Notes: generated by a model from the letters alone, not told the origin. A stretch of DNA of 64,000 bases from Patescibacteria group bacterium (GCA_041660565.1 JBAZWC010000001.1:238481-302480), one strand, 5' to 3'. Counted from the stretch's first letter, positions 41,286 through 51,096 are shown. Program-made: numbers and translations.

Positions 41286-41322
41286 ACCCTCCGCGACGGG
41301 CAACCGTTTCGGAGGGTATTTT
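41286..41322 (+). terminator. Intrinsic terminator
   Basis: ACCCTCCG..ACGG-GCAA-CCGT..CGGAGGGT followed by ATTTT. Confidence 0.7.
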
Positions 41323-41331
41323 ATTTATATA

Positions 41332-41356
41332 GATTCCGGATCTAGTCCGGAATGAC
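41332..41356 (-). repeat. REP (GTCATTCC family)
   Basis: GATTCCGGATCTAGTCCGGAATGAC. Confidence 0.88.
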
Positions 41357-41424
41357 ACAAAAAAAGTCCGTGTTACGCTCGAACAAAAAATCCGTCACCC
41401 GTCATCTGTTTTCCATTATCCGCT

Positions 41425-42069
41425 TCACTGTTTTTCGGGGCAGATTGGGGTTAGCCCGGCGGCAACTCGAGTAGCTTGCGTGGCCGCATCATACTGACAG
41501 CCAATTGTATAATAATGTGTATTCACGTAGCTATCAGCACTTAAAACATACGTTTCGCGTGCGAGATCATGGCAGCCACCATTGGAATATGTTGTAGCGC
41601 AGCTAACCGAACTATTATTTATCTCTAGTACTGACAAAATTCCATAGGCCATACTGTTGTTGGCGTTCGTTTTTTGAGTATAAACCCAATAATCATAGAC
41701 ATCGTTGGGATTTTTAGTGGCATCATTGGCTTTTGATACCAACAAACCGCCATTACATTTTCCGATTGGGTCAGATGGCAGAGTTGACGCAAATGCGGCT
41801 AGTGCCGGTAGCAATGTGGAAGTCCAGTTACTTGGTGCGCCACCCTGTGATGCACAGGAATAAACATTAGACGCGCCAGCCCCCGGATAAATCGAGTTAG
41901 CCTGTTTATAATTAACCATATTTAGACGAAGCGTCTGCATATCGTTTTTACGAGTAGCATCACGCGCTCTTAAGCGTGCAGATTTAGCGTAATTTAAAGT
42001 CATCGCGGCCAAAATGCCAATAACCGATACGACAATTAATATCTCAATTAGATTGAATGACTTACGCAT
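41425..42069 (-). CDS. Type IV pilin / GspG-like prepilin
   Basis: MRKS|FNLIEILIVVSVIGILA class III signal, ARDA.RK.D, P.DP and Cys pairs. Confidence 0.88.
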   Translation of the reverse strand: MRKSFNLIEILIVVSVIGILAAMTLNYAKSARLRARDATRKNDMQTLRLNMVNYKQANSIYPGAGASNVYSCASQGGAPSNWTSTLLPALAAFASTLPSDPIGKCNGGLLVSKANDATKNPNDVYDYWVYTQKTNANNSMAYGILSVLEINNSSVSCATTYSNGGCHDLARETYVLSADSYVNTHYYTIGCQYDAATQATRVAAGLTPICPEKQ

Positions 42070-42075
42070 ACAATT

Positions 42076-42103
42076 ATTATAATCTGTCTCGGACAGATTA
42101 CAA
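42076..42103 (-). promoter_or_regulatory. Leaderless pilin promoter overlapped by a palindrome
   Basis: TTGTAA-16nt-TATAAT-6nt-ATG; TAATCTGTC-tcg-GACAGATTA. Confidence 0.6.
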
Positions 42104-42160
42104 TAAAAATTCGAAATTCAAAGCACCAAGCACTAAATAAATTTGAAAAAAGTTCTTCTT

Positions 42161-42285
42161 GTCATTCCGGGCTTGACCCGGAATCTATATAGAAGAACTC
42201 TTTCATATACTGGATCCCGGATACTCCTTACAACCTTGCGATTGAAGTCGTTAGTTTCTATCGAAACAATCAAGTCCGGGATGAC
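42161..42285. repeat. REP doublet; the second REP carries a 48-nt loop insert
   Basis: REPs at 42161-42185 and 42212-42285; insert at 42223-42270. Confidence 0.88.
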
Positions 42286-42306
42286 AGCAGAATGTGTTTA
42301 TTTCGT

Positions 42307-42789
42307 TTACCCGGTAAACTTGGCAAAGTGAGCAAAGGCCTTGTTGGCGTCTGCCATGCGGTGCATATCGTCTTTTTTCTTCATCGCTGCGCCGGTGTTG
42401 TGATAAGCATCGGTAATTTCTTCGGCCAGAAACTCTGACATTGGTTTGCCTTGTTTGCCGCGAGCAGATGCAATCATCCACTTCATCGCTAAAGTTTGAC
42501 GACGAGCGCGAGGCACTTCAAACGGGATTTGATAGTTTGCGCCACCAATACGTTTACCTTTAACCTCTAACACCGGTGAGGCATTTTTGATAGCGGTATC
42601 AAACACTTCCATTGGGTCTAGGTTGGTTTTTTTGCCAATTTGCTCAAGCGCAGTATAGACAATTTTTTGGGCGACTGATTTTTTGCCATCTAGCAAAATA
42701 TAGTTGATAAACTTACCCAATGCGACGCTTTGATAAACTGGATCAGGTTGGACAATATTAATTTTAGGATGATTTCGGCCTCTTGACAT
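42307..42789 (-). CDS. rpsG: 30S ribosomal protein S7
   Basis: DGKKSVA, R.GGANYQIP and MA.ANKAFAH. Confidence 0.98.
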   Translation of the reverse strand: MSRGRNHPKINIVQPDPVYQSVALGKFINYILLDGKKSVAQKIVYTALEQIGKKTNLDPMEVFDTAIKNASPVLEVKGKRIGGANYQIPFEVPRARRQTLAMKWMIASARGKQGKPMSEFLAEEITDAYHNTGAAMKKKDDMHRMADANKAFAHFAKFTG

Positions 42790-42790
42790 A

Positions 42791-43210
42791 TTACTCTTTC
42801 GGTTTCTTGCTGCCGTATAAGCTACGACCTTGTTTGCGTTTCTGTACGCCTTGAGTGTCTAATTTACCACGAATGATGTGGTAGCGCATACCAGGCAAAT
42901 CTTTAACTCGGCCGCCTCTAATTAAAACAACAGAGTGCTCTTGCAAGTTATGACCTTCACCAGGGATGTAAGCGTTTACTTCCATGCCGTTGGTTAATCT
43001 AACACGTGCAAATTTACGCAAAGCGGAGTTTGGCTTTTTTGGGGTCATTGTAGCCACTTTAATACAAACACCACGTTTTTGCGGGCAGCCGTCAATAATA
43101 TTAACCGGTTTGTTTTTCTTAAAGTTAAAGCTACGCTTCAAAGCCAGCACTTTTGATCGGCTGGATTTGATTTTGCGCGGGGTTTTTAATAACTGTGAAA
43201 TTGTTGGCAT
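42791..43210 (-). CDS. rpsL: 30S ribosomal protein S12
   Basis: [11 protein letters not shown] and GGRVKDLPG. Confidence 0.99.
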   Translation of the reverse strand: MPTISQLLKTPRKIKSSRSKVLALKRSFNFKKNKPVNIIDGCPQKRGVCIKVATMTPKKPNSALRKFARVRLTNGMEVNAYIPGEGHNLQEHSVVLIRGGRVKDLPGMRYHIIRGKLDTQGVQKRKQGRSLYGSKKPKE

Positions 43211-43240
43211 TCAGGTCCTTATGAATTAGATATTGTTTAC

Positions 43241-43269
43241 ATTTTAACAGGTTGAAGGTCCAAAGTCAA
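43241..43269 (-). promoter_or_regulatory. rpsL promoter
   Basis: TTGACT-17nt-TAAAAT with an extended TG. Confidence 0.7.
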
Positions 43270-43276
43270 ACACCAA

Positions 43277-43352
43277 TTCTTGTTCGAGCGATAGCGAGAA
43301 CTACGCTATAGATAGTTCTCGTCAACGCTTGCAGCGGTTCCTCGAACAAGAA
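43277..43352. repeat. Empty inverted hairpin doublet of the GIY-YIG-flanking family
   Basis: TTCTTGTTCGAG-CGATAG-CGAGAACTA, 9 nt, TAGTTCTCG...CTCGAACAAGAA. Confidence 0.85.
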
Positions 43353-43360
43353 CAATGGAA

Positions 43361-46300
43361 CTAGGCGGACTTAACCACCTCATCGCGTACCGGTTTTACC
43401 ACTGGCATATCTGTCGGTTCCAACTCGGCTTTATCTATTAAAGTATTCTCTTCGGTAACCGCTAATTCAACCACTGTGTCCAAACCGGTTCCGGCCGGGA
43501 TTAGCTTACCAATAATCACATTTTCTTTTAATCCACGTAGGTGATCAATTTTACCGGTGGTGGCAGCGCCAATTAACACCGATGTGGTTTCTTGGAAACT
43601 GGCTGCGGACAAGAAGCTATCGGTCAAAATGGCTACGCGGGTAATACCTAGAATCATATCTTCGGCAGTGGCCAACGCGCCTTTTTTGGCTTTGGCTTCT
43701 TTGTTTTCGTTGTTTAGGCGAATGCGGTCGGTAATTTGGCCCGGCAATAGCGAAGTTGAGCCGGAATCTAACACGCGCACTTTAGATGACATTCGTTTAA
43801 CAATCACTTCAACGTGCTTGTTGTTAATGCTTTGTCCTTGAGATGCGTAGATAGACTGTACTTCTTCAATGATATATTTCTGTACCGCACTGAAACCAAT
43901 AATGTCAACCGCGGATAACAGATCCAAGTGGCCTTCGGTAATGCGATCACCCATTTTAACTTTATCACCATGTTTAACTAACACGTTAATGACCGATGGA
44001 ACACGATATTCTTTGGTAACTTTGTCACCGGATTCAACAAAGACCGCGGTCTTGGTGAATCGTACATTTCCGGCAATTCCGGATCTAATAGCCACACCGT
44101 TTGGATTGGTAGCTAAAATGCGTTTTGGTTTTACCGCTTCGCCATTTTCAACCACCACGGTGTATTCCGGAGTTAGTTTGTGTTCTTCTTGTTTCTCGTG
44201 ATCTGAGGTAATTTTAATTAATTTGTCTTCTTTGTCTTCGGTAATTGATACTTTACCATCTACCTCTGCCAATACGGCGGCGTTTCTAGGCAAGCGACAT
44301 TCTAACAGCTCTTCAACTCGTGGCAAACCAGAGGTAATGTCTGCAGCCGAAGCTACACCACCCATGTGGAAGTTTCTCATGGTTAGCTGAGTTCCCGGCT
44401 CACCAATGGCTTGGGCGGCCATAATACCAATTACTTGGCCTTTTTCTACCATTTTTCCGGTAGCTAGGTTTTCACCGTAGCACAGCTGACAAACCCCAAA
44501 ATCGGCTTGGCAATGCAACAGCGTTCTAATAGTAACCGATTCTACTCCGGCCTCTACCAGCTGATCGTAAACTGATTCGGTAATTAAGGTGTTACGTTTA
44601 ATTTTACCGGCATTTTTAGCCAAAACACGCCCAATAATCGCTTCCTTGGCACCAACGCCAAAGTCGGTTGAGTAGCTGAGCGAGATCTCCATGCCTTCTT
44701 CGGTTTGGCAATCTTCGGCGGTAATAATAATATCTTGAGATACATCTACCAATCTTCGGGTTAGATATCCCGCTTCAGAAGTTCTAAGTGCGGTGTCAGC
44801 ACGTCCTTTTCTGGATCCGTGAGACGAGTTAAAGTATTCAAACACCGACAAACCTTCTTTAAAGTTGCTAATCATTGGCAATTCGATAATATCTCCGGAT
44901 GGGTTCACCACCAATCCTTTCATACCAGCCATCTGAGTCAACTGAGTATTTGAACCACGAGCACCACTGGTAATCATGGCGTAAATTGGGCTGTTTTTGT
45001 CAAATTGTGATAACATTTCTTTCTGAATTTCGGCCACCACGTCTAACCATAACTGAACTACGCTCTGATAACGCTCTTGTTCGGTGATCAAACCGCGATT
45101 AAACTGTTTTTCGATCAATTCAACGTTATTTTCGGCAGTTTTGATAATTTCACCCTTATTGGCCGGCACTTGAACATCGCTCATAGAGAATGTCATACCG
45201 GAAAGGGTGCTGTGTTTAAAGCCTAATGATTTAACGCGGTCCACAAAACCGGCGGTCTCGTCGGTGCCGCATTTTTCAAACACTTCTTTAACCACTTTGC
45301 GCAAAGCGCGTTTGTCCATCACTTCGTTTTTGAACGCCAAGTTGGTGGGCAAAATATCGTTAAAGATAATGCGTCCAATACAAGTTTCAATGATTTCATC
45401 ATCAATTTTGACTTTAATTTTAGAGTTAATGTCTATTACTTGATGATAAAATGCCATGCGCGCTTCATCGCGGCTGGAGAAGATTTTACCTTCGCCACGT
45501 TTGCCTTCTTTAATGGTGGTGATGTAGAAACAACCAAGCACCATATCTAGCGATGGGGTCACAATTGGCTCACCAGAGGATGGTTTTAGCAAGTTGTGGC
45601 TGGATACCATAATGCTGCCGGCCTCGGCTTGCGCTTGAGCGGATAGCGGAATGTGCACAGCCATTTGGTCACCATCAAAGTCTGCGTTAAAGGCGGAACA
45701 AACTAAAGGATGAATCTGAATAGCCTTACCCTCAATCAAAATTGGTTTGAAGGCTTGAATACCCAATCGGTGCAAGGTGGGGGCGCGGTTTAGCAATACG
45801 TAGTGCTGAGACGTAATTTCTTCCAAAATATCCCACACAAACGAATCACCTTGCTCAATTAACCGGGTGGCGTTTTTAACGTTATGAACGTAACCATCAG
45901 AAATCAGCCGGCCAATAATAAATGGCTTAAATAGCTCTAGCGCCATCATTTTTGGCAAACCACATTCGTTTAGTTTCAAGTTAGGTCCAACCACAATCAC
46001 GGATCGTCCAGAGTAGTCAACCCGTTTTCCAAGCAAGTTCTGGCGGAAACGGCCTTGTTTGCCTCGTAACAAATCGGACAGTGAACGCAATTTACGTTTT
46101 GATCCAACAGAAGCGACAGCTTTCCCGCGGCGGGCGTTGTTGTCAATTAAAGCATCAACCGCTTCTTGCAACATGCGTTTTTCGTTGCGAGCGATAACTT
46201 CTGGCGCACCTTGCGATAGCAATTTCTTTAAGCGATTGTTGCGGTTTAACACGCGACGATACAAATCATTAAGGTCTGAGGCGGCAAAACGGCCACCATC

Positions 46301-47176
46301 TAGCTGCACCATTGGGCGCAAATCTGGTGGAATAACCGGAATGCGAGTTTGCACCAACCAAGTTGGGCTAATACCGGCTTCTCTAAGATCGATGAGCAAT
46401 TTTAAGCGTTTCACCATCTTGCGTTTGGCGGTACCGGTAGCGGTGCGAGCATCGTCGGTAATTTGGGTGATAATAGCGTTAACATCAATCCGTTTTAGTA
46501 ACTCCAAAATGGCTTCGGCACCAATGCCCACGCGCACAATGTGCCCGTATTTCAATGAAATATCGTGATATCGGCTTTCCGAGATAATCTGGTTAGAACC
46601 TAAATTATTTAATTCGGTTTTAGCAGATTTGTATGCCGCTTCTACTTCGGCTGCCGAGGCGTCGTTTTTACCTAAACTGGAGTCTTTATACTCTTTAAAT
46701 TCCAATTCAAGTTGTTCTAATGTTTGCTGGCGAATAGTTTCGTTCACTTCAATAATGACAAAACCGGCAAAGTAAATTACCTTTTCCAGCTCGGAAACTG
46801 TCATATTTAATAACGTGCCCAAAATGCTTGGAATACCGTGAATGTACCAAACGTGAGCTACCGGCACTGCTAAATCAATATGCCCTAAGCGCTCTCGTCT
46901 AACGGCACTACGCGTTACTTCTACGCCACATTTATCACAAACCACACCTTTATAGCGGATTTTACGATATTTGCCACAGTAACATTCCCAGTCTTTGGTT
47001 GGTCCAAAAATGCGCTCGTCAAATAAACCGTCGCGCTCTGGTTTTTGGGTGCGATAGTTAATAGTTTCCGGTTTGGTAACTTCACCGTGTGACCAAGCTA
47101 AAATTTCGTCCGGGCTAGCAATAGCAATACGAACAGCGGCGAATAAATCTTGACTTTGAGTGTCTTCGTACTTCAT
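43361..47176 (-). CDS. rpoC: RNA polymerase beta' subunit
   Basis: NADFDGDQMAVH and the Zn finger CYCGKY..CDKCG; start at MKYED. Confidence 0.99.
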   Translation of the reverse strand: MKYEDTQSQDLFAAVRIAIASPDEILAWSHGEVTKPETINYRTQKPERDGLFDERIFGPTKDWECYCGKYRKIRYKGVVCDKCGVEVTRSAVRRERLGHIDLAVPVAHVWYIHGIPSILGTLLNMTVSELEKVIYFAGFVIIEVNETIRQQTLEQLELEFKEYKDSSLGKNDASAAEVEAAYKSAKTELNNLGSNQIISESRYHDISLKYGHIVRVGIGAEAILELLKRIDVNAIITQITDDARTATGTAKRKMVKRLKLLIDLREAGISPTWLVQTRIPVIPPDLRPMVQLDGGRFAASDLNDLYRRVLNRNNRLKKLLSQGAPEVIARNEKRMLQEAVDALIDNNARRGKAVASVGSKRKLRSLSDLLRGKQGRFRQNLLGKRVDYSGRSVIVVGPNLKLNECGLPKMMALELFKPFIIGRLISDGYVHNVKNATRLIEQGDSFVWDILEEITSQHYVLLNRAPTLHRLGIQAFKPILIEGKAIQIHPLVCSAFNADFDGDQMAVHIPLSAQAQAEAGSIMVSSHNLLKPSSGEPIVTPSLDMVLGCFYITTIKEGKRGEGKIFSSRDEARMAFYHQVIDINSKIKVKIDDEIIETCIGRIIFNDILPTNLAFKNEVMDKRALRKVVKEVFEKCGTDETAGFVDRVKSLGFKHSTLSGMTFSMSDVQVPANKGEIIKTAENNVELIEKQFNRGLITEQERYQSVVQLWLDVVAEIQKEMLSQFDKNSPIYAMITSGARGSNTQLTQMAGMKGLVVNPSGDIIELPMISNFKEGLSVFEYFNSSHGSRKGRADTALRTSEAGYLTRRLVDVSQDIIITAEDCQTEEGMEISLSYSTDFGVGAKEAIIGRVLAKNAGKIKRNTLITESVYDQLVEAGVESVTIRTLLHCQADFGVCQLCYGENLATGKMVEKGQVIGIMAAQAIGEPGTQLTMRNFHMGGVASAADITSGLPRVEELLECRLPRNAAVLAEVDGKVSITEDKEDKLIKITSDHEKQEEHKLTPEYTVVVENGEAVKPKRILATNPNGVAIRSGIAGNVRFTKTAVFVESGDKVTKEYRVPSVINVLVKHGDKVKMGDRITEGHLDLLSAVDIIGFSAVQKYIIEEVQSIYASQGQSINNKHVEVIVKRMSSKVRVLDSGSTSLLPGQITDRIRLNNENKEAKAKKGALATAEDMILGITRVAILTDSFLSAASFQETTSVLIGAATTGKIDHLRGLKENVIIGKLIPAGTGLDTVVELAVTEENTLIDKAELEPTDMPVVKPVRDEVVKSA

Positions 47177-47186
47177 TTCTTCTCCT

Positions 47187-50100
47187 TTATGCTTCTTCAG
47201 CAGCTGCGACAGGCTCTGACAACTCGTCATCACTGCCAATTTCGGTTACTAATTTATCCACTGCTTCTTCGTCTTCAATCATGCCGCCAACCGGCTCGTT
47301 TAAGATTTCTTCTAAGGTTTCACCAGTGTCAGAGACCGGCGCCATCGCCTTTTTGGCCTCTTCCAAATGAATTTCAAAGTTTTTGGCGTCTTCATCGCTT
47401 AACAACTGAACCGACAAGCCTAAGCTTTGCAACTCTTTAACCAACACGTTAAACGATTCCGGAATAGATGGTTTTTGAATTGGATCGCCCTTAATAATGG
47501 CTTCGTAAACTTTGCTTCTACCCACGGTGTCATCGGATTTAACCGTCAACATTTCTTGCAAAGTATGAGCGGCACCATAAGCCTCTAATGCCCAAACTTC
47601 CATTTCTCCGAATCGCTGGCCACCAAACTGGGCTTTTCCACCCAATGGCTGCTGGGTGATCATGGAGTATGGTCCAACTGAACGAGCGTGCATCTTGTCA
47701 TCAACCAAGTGAGACAATTTCATGATGTAGTTAATACCGGTGGTAGTAGTGTGATCAAAACCGGCGCCGCTGCGGCCATCAAACAACTGAATTTTGCCGG
47801 TCTTAGGCAATTTGGCTTTCTCTAAGTAAGTTTGAATCTGCTCCCAACTTAAACCTTCAAATACCGGGCTGGCTACTTTGATGTTTAAGGTGTTGGCGGC
47901 CCAGCCTAGGTGAGTCTCTAAAATCTGACCCAAGTTCATACGGGAAACCACACCCAGCGGGTTAAGAATGATGTCTACCGGCGTGCCATCTGGCATATAC
48001 GGCATATCTTCTACCGGCAAAATGGTAGAAATAACACCTTTGTTACCGTGACGTCCGGCTAATTTATCACCAACCGCAATTTTACGTAACTGAGCCACCG
48101 AGATTTCTACTTGCTGATAAACACCGGCTGGCAACTCATCACCCTGATCTTTATTAAATAATTTAATCTCAACCACTTTACCGCGTTCGCCGTGAGGCAA
48201 GCGCAAAGAGGCGTCTCGGACGTCTTTGGCTTTTTCACCAAAGATGGCGCGTAACAATTTTTCTTCGGCAGACAACTCGGTCTCACCTTTAGGCGTAATT
48301 TTACCCACCAAAATGTCGCCGGTCTCTACCTCTGCACCAATGCGCACAATACCGCTTTCGTCTAAGTTAGACAGCGCTTCTTCGGACACGTTTGGGATAT
48401 CTTGAGTGATTACTTCTGGCCCCAATTTAGTGTCTCGTACTTCACAAACGTATTTTTCGATGTGAATAGAGGTGAAACGATCTCGATGTAACATGCGCTC
48501 GGAAATAATGATAGCATCTTCAAAGTTACCACCACCCCAGCTCATAAACGCCACCAAAACGTTCTGACCCAAGGCCAGCTCGCCTTTATCGGTGGCAGAG
48601 CTATCGGCAATCACCTGACCCTTAACCACGTGTTGCTCAACATCTACAATTGGACGTTGGTTAATACAAGTGGCCTGGTTTGATCGCACAAATTTCTGTA
48701 ATTTATAAACTTTTTTCTCTTTAGTATCGTCTTCCAACACGGTAATGTGATGGGCGGTTGATTCCAAAACCGTACCAGACTCATCGGCAATAATAATCTG
48801 ACCGGAGTCGTAAGCGGCCTCGTACTCCATACCAGTACCCACCACCGGAGATTGCGGCACAATAACCGGCACAGCTTGACGTTGCATGTTTGCACCCATC
48901 AACGCGCGCGCGGCTTCATCGTGTTCAATGAACGGGATCAAGGAAGCCGAAATACCCAAAATCTGTTTCGGCGAAACATCAATATATTGAATTTTCTTAG
49001 TATCTTCAACCGCCGGCTCACCAAATCTACGCACCAAAGTACGAACTTCTGTAAAGTAGCCGTCTTTGTCAATTGGAGCTGAGGCTGGAGCAATGATGTG
49101 ACGCTCTTCGGTGGCGGCATCTAAATAATCAATTTTATCACTAACCTTGGTCTTGCCATCAATCTGCTCAACTTTGCGGTAAGGTGATTCGATAAAACCG
49201 TAATCATTCACCCGTCCGTAAGAAGCCAAATAGCCCACCAACCCAATGTTCGGGCCTTCTGGGGTTTCAATTGGGCAAATGCGGCCGTAATGAGTAGGAT
49301 GAACGTCTCGAACTTCGAAACCGGCGCGCTCACGAGAAAGTCCACCCGGACCGGTAGCGGAAAGCGTGCGCTTGTTACCAAGCTCGGCTAGCGGGTTAGT
49401 CTGGCTCATAAACTGTGATAACTGAGATGAGGCAAAGAACTCTTGCAACACCGCCATAATTGGGCGCGAGTTAACCAACTGCGCCGGCGTAACGGTGGCA
49501 ATGTCTGAGACGCTCATGCGATCTTTAACAATACGTTCCATACGCAACAAACCAACGCGAATTTTAGCCTGCACCAATTCACCCACGGCGCGAACGCGGC
49601 GGTTGGCTAAGTGATCGATATCATCTTTCTTAGCAGTTGGATCGTTATTTAATCTAATTACTTCTTTAACGATGGCGATAAAATCATCCATCCGCAAAAT
49701 TCGATTCTCAACTACGTCTTTAACCTGCAAATTCAAACGAATGTTCATGCGATAACGGCCAACGCGCCCAAGATCGTAGCGTTTGTTATTAAAGAACAAC
49801 ATATTCAAGAACGAACGTGCGCCTTCTGGGTTAGCCAAGTCTCCCGGGCGAATCTTTTTATAAACTTCTACCACGGCCTGATCTTCGCTTTTAGTCACGT
49901 CTTTTTCAAGTGTGGCGTTAATGTACTGGTGATCTGGATTAGTATCTACATCTTTAAACAAATCACGAATAGCATCGTCGTTAGCGTAACCAAAAGCACG
50001 CAAGAACGTAGTGACATTAATGCGGCGTTTGCGATCAATTTTAACCGTAATCACGTCTTTAGCGTTAGTTTCAACTTCTAACCATGCGCCGCGGTTAGGA

Positions 50101-50579
50101 ATAATTTTAGCGCCAAATAAGTTGCGGCCGGGCACTTCATCGTTAGCAAAAAGTACGCCATATGAGCGTACAATCTGGGTAACAACCACACGCTCAATAC
50201 CGTTAATAATAAAGGTGCCGCGTTTGGTCATCAACGGGAAATCACCCAAAAAGACATCGCTCTCTTTAATTTCACCGGTTTCTTTGTTCAACAAGCTAGC
50301 GCGAGCCTTAAATGGGGCTTTGTAAGTTAAGTTTTTGTCGCGCGCCATTTCTTCGGTAATGCGCGATTTGTCTAGGGTTGGAGAGCTAAAAGTAAGCGAC
50401 AAGCTTTTGCCGGTAAAATCTTCTATTGGATTAATCTCGTCTAAAAGCTCTTGAACACCTTGCTCAAACAACCATTTATATGAGTTCGTCTGAATTTCGA
50501 TAAGGTTTGGTAACTTGGTGGGGTTTGGATTACCGGATAAATAGATTCTTTCTGGCTTAGTGCTTGCACTTTTACTCAT
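47187..50579 (-). CDS. rpoB: RNA polymerase beta subunit
   Basis: GDKLAGRHGNKG, GGQRFGEMEVWAL and ETPEGPNIG. Confidence 0.99.
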   Translation of the reverse strand: MSKSASTKPERIYLSGNPNPTKLPNLIEIQTNSYKWLFEQGVQELLDEINPIEDFTGKSLSLTFSSPTLDKSRITEEMARDKNLTYKAPFKARASLLNKETGEIKESDVFLGDFPLMTKRGTFIINGIERVVVTQIVRSYGVLFANDEVPGRNLFGAKIIPNRGAWLEVETNAKDVITVKIDRKRRINVTTFLRAFGYANDDAIRDLFKDVDTNPDHQYINATLEKDVTKSEDQAVVEVYKKIRPGDLANPEGARSFLNMLFFNNKRYDLGRVGRYRMNIRLNLQVKDVVENRILRMDDFIAIVKEVIRLNNDPTAKKDDIDHLANRRVRAVGELVQAKIRVGLLRMERIVKDRMSVSDIATVTPAQLVNSRPIMAVLQEFFASSQLSQFMSQTNPLAELGNKRTLSATGPGGLSRERAGFEVRDVHPTHYGRICPIETPEGPNIGLVGYLASYGRVNDYGFIESPYRKVEQIDGKTKVSDKIDYLDAATEERHIIAPASAPIDKDGYFTEVRTLVRRFGEPAVEDTKKIQYIDVSPKQILGISASLIPFIEHDEAARALMGANMQRQAVPVIVPQSPVVGTGMEYEAAYDSGQIIIADESGTVLESTAHHITVLEDDTKEKKVYKLQKFVRSNQATCINQRPIVDVEQHVVKGQVIADSSATDKGELALGQNVLVAFMSWGGGNFEDAIIISERMLHRDRFTSIHIEKYVCEVRDTKLGPEVITQDIPNVSEEALSNLDESGIVRIGAEVETGDILVGKITPKGETELSAEEKLLRAIFGEKAKDVRDASLRLPHGERGKVVEIKLFNKDQGDELPAGVYQQVEISVAQLRKIAVGDKLAGRHGNKGVISTILPVEDMPYMPDGTPVDIILNPLGVVSRMNLGQILETHLGWAANTLNIKVASPVFEGLSWEQIQTYLEKAKLPKTGKIQLFDGRSGAGFDHTTTTGINYIMKLSHLVDDKMHARSVGPYSMITQQPLGGKAQFGGQRFGEMEVWALEAYGAAHTLQEMLTVKSDDTVGRSKVYEAIIKGDPIQKPSIPESFNVLVKELQSLGLSVQLLSDEDAKNFEIHLEEAKKAMAPVSDTGETLEEILNEPVGGMIEDEEAVDKLVTEIGSDDELSEPVAAAEEA

Positions 50580-50654
50580 CACATTTCTCCCTTTGTTATC
50601 GAAACTATATTATTTATATATATTAGATTTGGGTGATAATACGCATCACAGTTT

Positions 50655-50725
50655 GTCATTTCGACTCCCTCCGGGCGTAGTCTACGGGCAGAGCCTCGAG
50701 CGTTGTCTCGAGGGTGGAGAAATCT
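50655..50725 (+). repeat. GTCATTTCGAC...GGAGAAATCT-type REP with nested hairpins
   Basis: Recognisable REP ends enclose CCTCGAG..CTCGAGG and a second imperfect stem. Confidence 0.55.
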
Positions 50726-50890
50726 TCATAAAGAGTTCTCCTCGGTTCCGTTCTCTGTCCTCTGTCATCTGTTTTCCGAATTTACACAAAACGGCCGGTT
50801 CTGCTTGGATAGCAGAAACAGCCTGCTTAATGTCAGGACTTAAGCCGAAATTATTACCATGAGGCTCCGACGTTTGGCTAATCTATATTT

Positions 50891-50919
50891 AGGCTATCAA
50901 AAGTTTGATAGCTTGTCAA
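50891..50919 (-). promoter_or_regulatory. Putative rpoBC promoter with a palindromic spacer
   Basis: TTGACA-17nt-TAGCCT; GCTATCAAA-ag-TTTGATAGC. Confidence 0.6.
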
Positions 50920-51013
50920 CCCCCTGGCAACGAGGGGTTGCCAAAATTTTAAATTTTAAATTTTAAATTTGAAATTGGTCGAATTTTTGTTTTTAGATAG
51001 TCTTTCACCCGGA

Positions 51014-51096
51014 TTGTCATTCCGGGCTCGACCCGGAATCTATATAAATAGAACATCCATACGCAGTTCAAATTATAAATTTCAAAATGTAAATTC
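51014..51096 (+). repeat. ~80-bp direct repeat copy 1 (REP, tail and heptamers)
   Basis: Aligns by eye with 52264-52346. Confidence 0.8.

Noticed and set aside
36395-46568. Long antisense ORFs within tuf, fusA and rpoC
   Set aside because: These are shadow frames of highly conserved genes with no motifs.
39456-50791. ATTTACACAAAA shared by the fusA and rpoB leaders
   Set aside because: A 12-bp AT-rich match in two places is insufficient evidence.
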